64,000 nt of DNA from NCBI GenBank assembly GCA_964016885.1, contig OZ024743.1:130324001-130388000 (forward strand), read 5' to 3'. Below, one piece after another: positions 57,001 to 64,000 of the stretch. Numbering within the stretch: position 1 is the first letter of the stretch; every line of letters begins with the position of its first letter. The notes beneath the pieces were generated by a model. That model worked only from the letters and a program-made list of their open reading frames with translations. It ran no database searches and was not told the DNA's origin. Source of the stretch: Eledone cirrhosa (lineage: Eukaryota). Made by a program: the position numbers and the translations under genes.

Positions 57001-60000
57001 AACACCAAGCACCAAGCACCAAACACCATACACCAAGCACCAATCACCAAACACCAAGCACCAAGCGCCAAACACCAAACACCAAACACCTAGCACCAAG
57101 CACCAAGCACCGAACACCAAGCACCAAACACCAAGCACCAAGCACCAAGCACCAAGCACCAAACACCAATCACCAAGCCCCAAGCACCAAACACCAAGCA
57201 CCAAGACCCAAACACCAAACACCAAGCACCATGCACCCAGAACCAAGCACCAAGCACCAAACACCAAACACCAAGCACCAAGCACCAAACACCAAACACC
57301 AAGCACCAAGCACCAAACACTATACACCAAGCACCAAGCACCAAACACCAAAAAACAATCACCAAGCACCAAAGAGCAAACACCAAGCCCCAAGCACCAA
57401 ACACCAAACACCAAACACCAAAAAGCAAACACTAAACACAAAACACCAAACAGCAAACACCAAACACCAAATAGCAAACACCAAACACCAACCAGGAAAC
57501 AGCAAACACCAAACAGCAAACGCCAAACAGCAAACACAAACACCAAACACCAAACACCAAGCACCAAGCACCAAGCACAAAACACCAAGCACCAAGCGCC
57601 AAGCACCAAACACCAAACACCAAACACCAAACAGCAAACACCAATCACCAAACACCAGACACCAAACACCAAACAGCAAACACCAAACACCAAACAGCAA
57701 ACACCAAACACCAAACACCAAACAGCAAACACGAAACAGCAAACACCAAACAGCAAACACCAAACAGCAAACACCAAACAGCAAACAGCAAACACCAAAC
57801 TCCAAACACAAAGCACCAAGCACCAAACTCCAAGCACCAAGCAACAAGCACCAATCACCAAGCACCAAGCACTAAACACCAAACACCTAGCACCAAGCAC
57901 CAAGCACCAAACACCAAGCACCAAGCACCAAGCACCAAACACCAAGCACCAAAGACCAAGCCCCAAATACCAAGCACCAAGCACCAAACACTAATCACCA
58001 GGGACCAAGCACCAAACACCAAGAACCAAGCACCAAGCACTAAACACCAAACACCAAGCACCAAACACGAAACACCAAGCACCAAATACCAAACTCCAAA
58101 CACCAAACACCAAGCACCAAGCACCAAATCCCAAGCACCAAACACCAAGCACCAATCACCAAACACCAAACACCAAGCGCCAAGCACCAAACACCAAGCA
58201 CCAAGCACGAAACACCAAGCACCAAGCACCGACCTCCAAACACCAAGTACCAAGCACCAATCACCAAACACCAAGCACCAAGCACCAAATACCAAACAGC
58301 AAGCACCAAGCACCAAGCTCCAAACATAAAACAACAAGTACCAAGCACCAAACACCAAACACCAAACACCAAACACCAAGCACAAAGCACCAAACACCAA
58401 ACACCAAGCACCAAGCACCAGACACCAAGCACCAAGCACCAAGCACCAAGCACCAAAAACCAAGCACCAAGCTCCAAGGACCAAACACCAAGCACCAAAC
58501 ACCAAACACAAAGCACCAAGCACCAAACACCAAACACCAAGCACCAAGCACCAAACACCAAACACCAAGCACCAATCACCAAACACCAAGCACCAAGCGC
58601 CAAACACCAAACACCAAACACCTAGCACCAAGCACCAAGCACCGAACACCAAGCACCAAACACCAAGCACCAAGCACCAAACACCAAGCACCAAGACCCA
58701 AACACCAAACACCAAGCACCATGCACCCAGAACCAAGCACCAAGCACCAAACACCAAACACCAAGCACCAAGCACCAAACACCAAACACCAAGCACCAAG
58801 CACCAAGCACCAAATACCATACACCAAGTACCAAGCACCAAACACCAAAAACCAATCACCAAGCACCAAAGAGCAAACACCAAGCCCCAAGCACCAAACA
58901 CCAAACACCAAACACCAAAAAGCAAACACTAAACACAAAACACCAAACAGCAAACACCAAACACCAAATAGCAAACACCAAACACCAACCAGGAAACACC
59001 AAACAGCAAACACCAAACAGCAAACGCCAAACAGCAAACACAAACACCAAACAACAAACACCAAGCACCAAGCACCAAGCACAAAACACCAAGCACCAAG
59101 CGCCAAGCACCAAACACCAAACACCAAACACCAAACAGCAAACACCAATCACCAAACACCAGACACCAAACACCAAACAGCAAACACCAAACACCAAACA
59201 GCAAACACCAAACACCAAACACCAAACAGCAAACACGAAACAGCAAACACCAAACAGCAAACACCAAACAGCAAACACCAAACAGCAAACAGCAAACATC
59301 AAACTCCAAACACCAAGCATCAAGCACCAAACACCAAGCACCAAGCAACAAGCACCAATCACCAAGCACCAAGCACTAAACACCAAACACCTAGCACCAA
59401 GCACCAAGCACCAAACACCAAGCACCAAGCACCAAGCACCAAACACCAAGCACCAAAGACCAAGCCCCAAATACCAAGCACCAAGCACCAAACACTAATC
59501 ACCAGGGACCAAGCACCAAACACCAAGAACCAAGCACCAAACACTAAACACCAAACACCAAGCACCAAGCACCAAACACCAAACACCAAGCACCAAGTAC
59601 CAAACTCCAAACACCAAACACCAAGCACCAAGCACCAAATCCCAAGCACCAAACACCAAGCACCAATCACCAAACACCAAACACCAAGCGCCAAGCACCA
59701 AACACCAAGCACCAAGCACGAAACACCAAGCACCAAGCACTGAGCACCAAACACCAAGTACCAAGCACCAATCACCAAACACCAAGCACCAAGCACCAAA
59801 CACCAAACAGCAAGCACCAAGCACCAAGCACCAAACATAAAACAACAAGTACCAAGCACCAAACACCAAACACCAAACACCAAACACCAAGCACAAAGCA
59901 CCAAACACCAAACACCAAGCACCAAGCACCAGACACCAAGCACCAAGCACCAAGCACCAAGCACCAAAAACCAAGCACCAAGCTCCAAGGACCAAACACC

Positions 60001-63000
60001 AAGCACAAAACACCAAACACAAAGCACCAAGCACCAAACACCAAACACCAAGCACCAAGCACCAAACACCAAACACCAAGCACCAATCACCAAACACCAA
60101 GCACCAAGCGCCAAACACCAAACACCAAACACCTAGCACCAAGCACCAAGCACCGAACACCAAGCACCAAACACCAAGCACCAAGCACCAAGCACCAAGC
60201 ACCAAGCACCAAACACCAATCACCAAGCCCCAAGCACCAAACACCAAGCACCAAGACCCAAACACCAGAAACCAAGCACCATGCACCCAGAACCAAGCAC
60301 CAAGCACCAAACACCAAACACCAAGCACCAAGCACCAAACACCAAACACCAAGCACCAAGCACCAAGCACCAAGCACCAAACACCATACACCAAGCAGCA
60401 AGCACCAAACACCAAAAACCAATCACCAAGCACCAAAGAGCAAACACCAAGCCCCAAGCACCAATCACCAAACACCAAACACCAAACAACAAACACTAAA
60501 CAACAAACACCAAACAGCAAACACCAAACACCAAATAGCAAACACCAAACACCAACCAGGAAACACCAAACAGCAAACACCAAACAGCAATCGCCAAACA
60601 GCAAACACAAACACCAAACACCAAACAGCAAGCACCAAGCACCAAGCACAAAACACCAAGCACCAGGCGCCAAGTACCAAACACCAAACACCAAACACCA
60701 AACAGCAAACACCAATCACCAAACACCAGACACCAAACACCAAACAGCAAGCACCAAACACCAAACAGCAAACACCAAACACCAAACACCAAACAGCAAA
60801 CACGAAACAGCAAACACCAAACAGCAAACACCAAACAGCAAACACCAAACAGCAAACAGCAAACATCAAACTCCAAACACCAAGCATCAAGCACCAAACA
60901 CCAAGCACCAAGCAACAAGCACCAATCACCAAGCACCAAGCACTAAACACCAAACACCTAGCACCAAGCACCAAGCACCAAACACCAAGCACCAAGCACC
61001 AAGCACCAAACACCAAGCACCAAAGACCAAGCCCCAAATACCAAGCACCAAGCACCAAACACTAATCACCAGGGACCAAGCACCAAACACCAAGAACCAA
61101 GCACTAAACACTAAACACCAAACACCAAGCACCAAGCACCAAACACCAAACACCAAGCACCAAGTACCAAACTCCAAACACCAAACACCAAGCACCAAGC
61201 ACCAAATCCCAAGCACCAAACACCAAGCACCAATCACCAAACACCAAACACCAAGCGCCAAGCACCAAACACCAAGCACCAAGCACGAAACACCAAGCAC
61301 CAAGCACTGAGCACCAAACACCAAGTACCAAGCACCAATCACCAAACACCAAGCACCAAGCACCAAACACCAAACAGCAAGCACCAAGCGCCAAGCACCA
61401 AACATAAAACAACAAGTACCAAGCACCAAACACCAAACACCAAACACCAAACACCAAGCACAAAGCACCAAACACCAAACACCAAGCACCAAGCACCAGA
61501 CACCAAGCACCAAGCACCAAGCACCAAGCACCAAAAACCAAGCACCAAGCTCCAAGGACCAAACACCAAGCACAAAACACCAAACACAAAGCACCAAGCA
61601 CCAAACACCAAACACCAAGCACCAAGCACCAAACACCAAACACCAAGCACCAATCACCAAACACCAAGCACCAAGCGCCAAACACCAAACACCAAACACC
61701 TAGCACCAAGCACCAAGCACCGAACACCAAGCACCAAACACCAAGCACCAAGCACCAAGCACCAAGCACCAAGCACCAAACACCAATCACCAAGCCCCAA
61801 GCACCAAACACCAAGCACCAAGACCCAAACACCAGAAACCAAGCACCATGCACCCAGAACCAAGCACCAAGCACCAAACACCAAACACCAAGCACCAAGC
61901 ACCAAACACCAAACACCAAGCACCAAGCACCAAGCACCAAGCACCAAACACCATACACCAAGCACCAAGCACCAAACACCAAAAACCAATCACCAAGCAC
62001 CAAAGAGCAAACACCAAGCCCCAAGCACCAATCACCAAACACCAAACACCAAACAACAAACACTAAACAACAAACACCAAACAGCAAACACCAAACACCA
62101 AATAGCAAACACCAAACACCAACCAGGAAACACCAAACAGCAAACACCAAACAGCAATCGCCAAACAGCAAACACAAACACCAAACACCAAACAGCAAGC
62201 ACCAAGCACCAAGCACAAAACACCAAGCACCAGGCGCCAAGTACCAAACACCAAACACCAAACACCAAACAGCAAACACCAATCACCAAACACCAGACAC
62301 CAAACACCAAACAGCAAACACCAAACACCAAACAGCAAACACCAAACACCAAACACCAAACAGCAAACACCAAACAGCAAACACCAAACACCAAACACCA
62401 AACACCAAGCACCAAGCACCAAACACCAAGCACCAAGCAACAAACACCAATCACCAAGCACCAAGCACTAAAAACCAAACACCCAGCACCAAGCACCAAA
62501 CACCAAACACGAAGCACCATGCACCAAGCACCAAGCACCAAACACCAAGCACCAAACACCAAGCACCAAGCACCAAGCACCAAGCACCAAGCACCAAACA
62601 CCAAGCACCAAGCACCCAGAACAAAGCACCAAGCACCAAACACCAAACACCAAGCTCCAAGCACCAAACACCAAACACGAAGCACCATGCACCAAGCACC
62701 AAGCACCAAACACCAAACACCAAGCACCAAGCACCAAACACCAAACACCAAGCACCAATCACCATACACCAAGCACCAAGCACCAAACACCAAACACCAA
62801 GCACCAATCACCATACACCTAGCACCAAGCACCAAGCACCAAACACCAAGCACCAAACACCAAGCACCATGCACCAAGCACCAAGCACCAAGCACCAAAC
62901 ACCAATCACCAAGCCCCAATCACCAAACACCAAGCACCAAGCACCAAACACCAAACACCAAGCACCAAGCACCCAGAACCAAGCACCAAGCACCAAACAC

Positions 63001-64000
63001 CAAAAACAAAGCACCAAGCACCAAACACCAAACACCAAGCACCAAGCACCAAGCACCAAGTACCAAACACCATACACCAAGCACCAAGCACCAAACACCA
63101 AAAACCAATCACCAAGCACCAAAGAGCAAACACCAAGCCCCAAGCACCAAACAACAAACACCAAACACCAAAAAGCAAACACTAAACACAAAACACCAAA
63201 CAGCAAACACAAAACACCAAATAGCAAACACCAAACACCAACCAGGAAACACCAAACAGCAAACACCAAACAGCAAACGCCAAACAGCAAACACAAACAC
63301 CAAACACCAAACACCAAGCACCAAGCACCAAGCACAAAACACCAAGCACCAAGCGCCAAGCACCAAACACCAAACACCAAACACCAAACAGCAAACACCA
63401 ATCACCAAACACCAGACACCAAACACCAAACAGCAAACACCAAACACCAAACAGCAAACACCAAACACCAAACACCAAACAGCAAACACGAAACAGCAAA
63501 CACCAAACAGCAAACACCAAACAGCAAACAGCAAACACCAAACTCCAAACACAAAGCACCAAGCACCAAACACCAAGCACCAAGCAACAAGCACCAATCA
63601 CCAAGCACCAAGCACTAAACACCAAACACCTAGCACCAAGCACCAAGCACCAAACACCAAGCACCAAGCACCAAGCACCAAACACCAAGCACCAAAGACC
63701 AAGCCCCAAATACCAAGCACCAAGCACCAAACACTAATCACCAGGGACCAAGCACCAAACACCAAGAACCAAGCACCAAGCACTAAACACCAAACACCAA
63801 GCACCAAGCACCAAACACCAAACACCAAGCACCAAGTACCAAACTCCAAACACCAAACACCAAGCACCAAGCACCAAATCCCAAGCACCAAACACCAAGC
63901 ACCAATCACCAAACACCAAACACCAAGCGCCAAGCACCAAACACCAAGCACCAAGCACGAAACACCAAGCACCAAGCACCGAGCACCAAACACCAAGTAC
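54000..64000 (+). repeat. Satellite domain D: 1.4-1.57-kb HOR array
   Basis: The landmark CACTAAT-CACCAGG-GACCAAG lies at 55044, 56583, 57989, 59493, 61060 and 63732 (spacings 1539, 1406, 1504, 1567, 2672). There is one CACAAA hexamer per unit (54589, 56129, 57535, 59039, 60606, 62173, 63292). Confidence 0.88.

Larger units (their letters stand above)
1..64000 (+). repeat. Heptamer tandem satellite array, consensus CACCAA(A/G) (minus strand (T/C)TTGGTG), ~9,140 monomers, single orientation, open at both window ends
   Basis: Every line parses as CACCAAG/CACCAAA or a close variant (CAGCAAA, CGCCAAR, CACCAAT, CCCCAAG, CACTAAA, TACCAAG, CACCTAG and others). No non-repeat stretch or reverse-complement block was seen. 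All three ORF frames on each strand give the same 7-aa repeat, as expected for a 7-bp period. Confidence 0.99.

Noticed and set aside
1-64000. Canonical telomere tract (TTTAGGG, TTAGGG or TTAGG)
   Set aside because: No run of a canonical motif was seen. The consensus differs from TTTAGGG at two positions and carries kb-scale inherited variants. It is kept only as a possible evolutionary relationship.
1-64000. Bacterial heptamer repeats (cyanobacterial STRR-type or short intergenic heptamer tracts) or Drosophila virilis-group AAACTAC satellites
   Set aside because: Bacterial heptamer tracts are short and lie between genes, unlike 64 kb of gene-free array. The virilis-group motifs differ in sequence. 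No assignment is supportable.
1-64000. Chi-like similarity (GCTTGGTG versus E. coli Chi GCTGGTGG)
   Set aside because: It is not an exact match and there is no indication of an enterobacterial context.
1-64000. Pure technical artefact (rolling-circle concatemer, basecaller stutter) or synthetic binary-encoded DNA
   Set aside because: Nested duplications of different ages with hierarchically shared substitutions and very few indels fit natural satellite evolution rather than a single-period concatemer or noisy reads. Local mis-assembly of individual copies remains possible.

Overview
The whole 64-kb window is one uninterrupted, single-orientation heptamer satellite with consensus CACCAA(A/G), read as (T/C)TTGGTG on the minus strand. 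It holds roughly 9,140 monomers and runs off both ends of the window. I see no unique sequence, gene, RNA gene, transposon, CRISPR spacer or inversion. All listed ORFs (TKHQAPS / WCLVLGA repeats) are by-products of the stop-poor 7-bp period. Rare variant monomers act as landmarks and show a nested higher-order repeat (HOR) structure in four domains. Domain A (~1-21.9 kb) is rich in an 84-bp CpG cassette and has ~4-kb units and a ~6.0-kb duplication. Domain B (~23.9-46.3 kb) has ~1.35-1.4-kb subunits inside a near-perfect 5,591-bp duplication. Domain C (~46.3-54 kb) has overlapping ~2-kb duplications. Domain D (~54-64 kb) has 1.4-1.57-kb units, and a D-like unit also sits at 22.4-23.9 kb, so the derived B block is nested between ancestral-type units. 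The 7-bp register is broken at only 29 monomers that I found, and their summed offsets match the phase difference between the window ends (mod 7). The best reading is a eukaryotic centromeric, pericentromeric or subtelomeric satellite with telomere-like strand asymmetry. Organism and function cannot be determined from the sequence alone.
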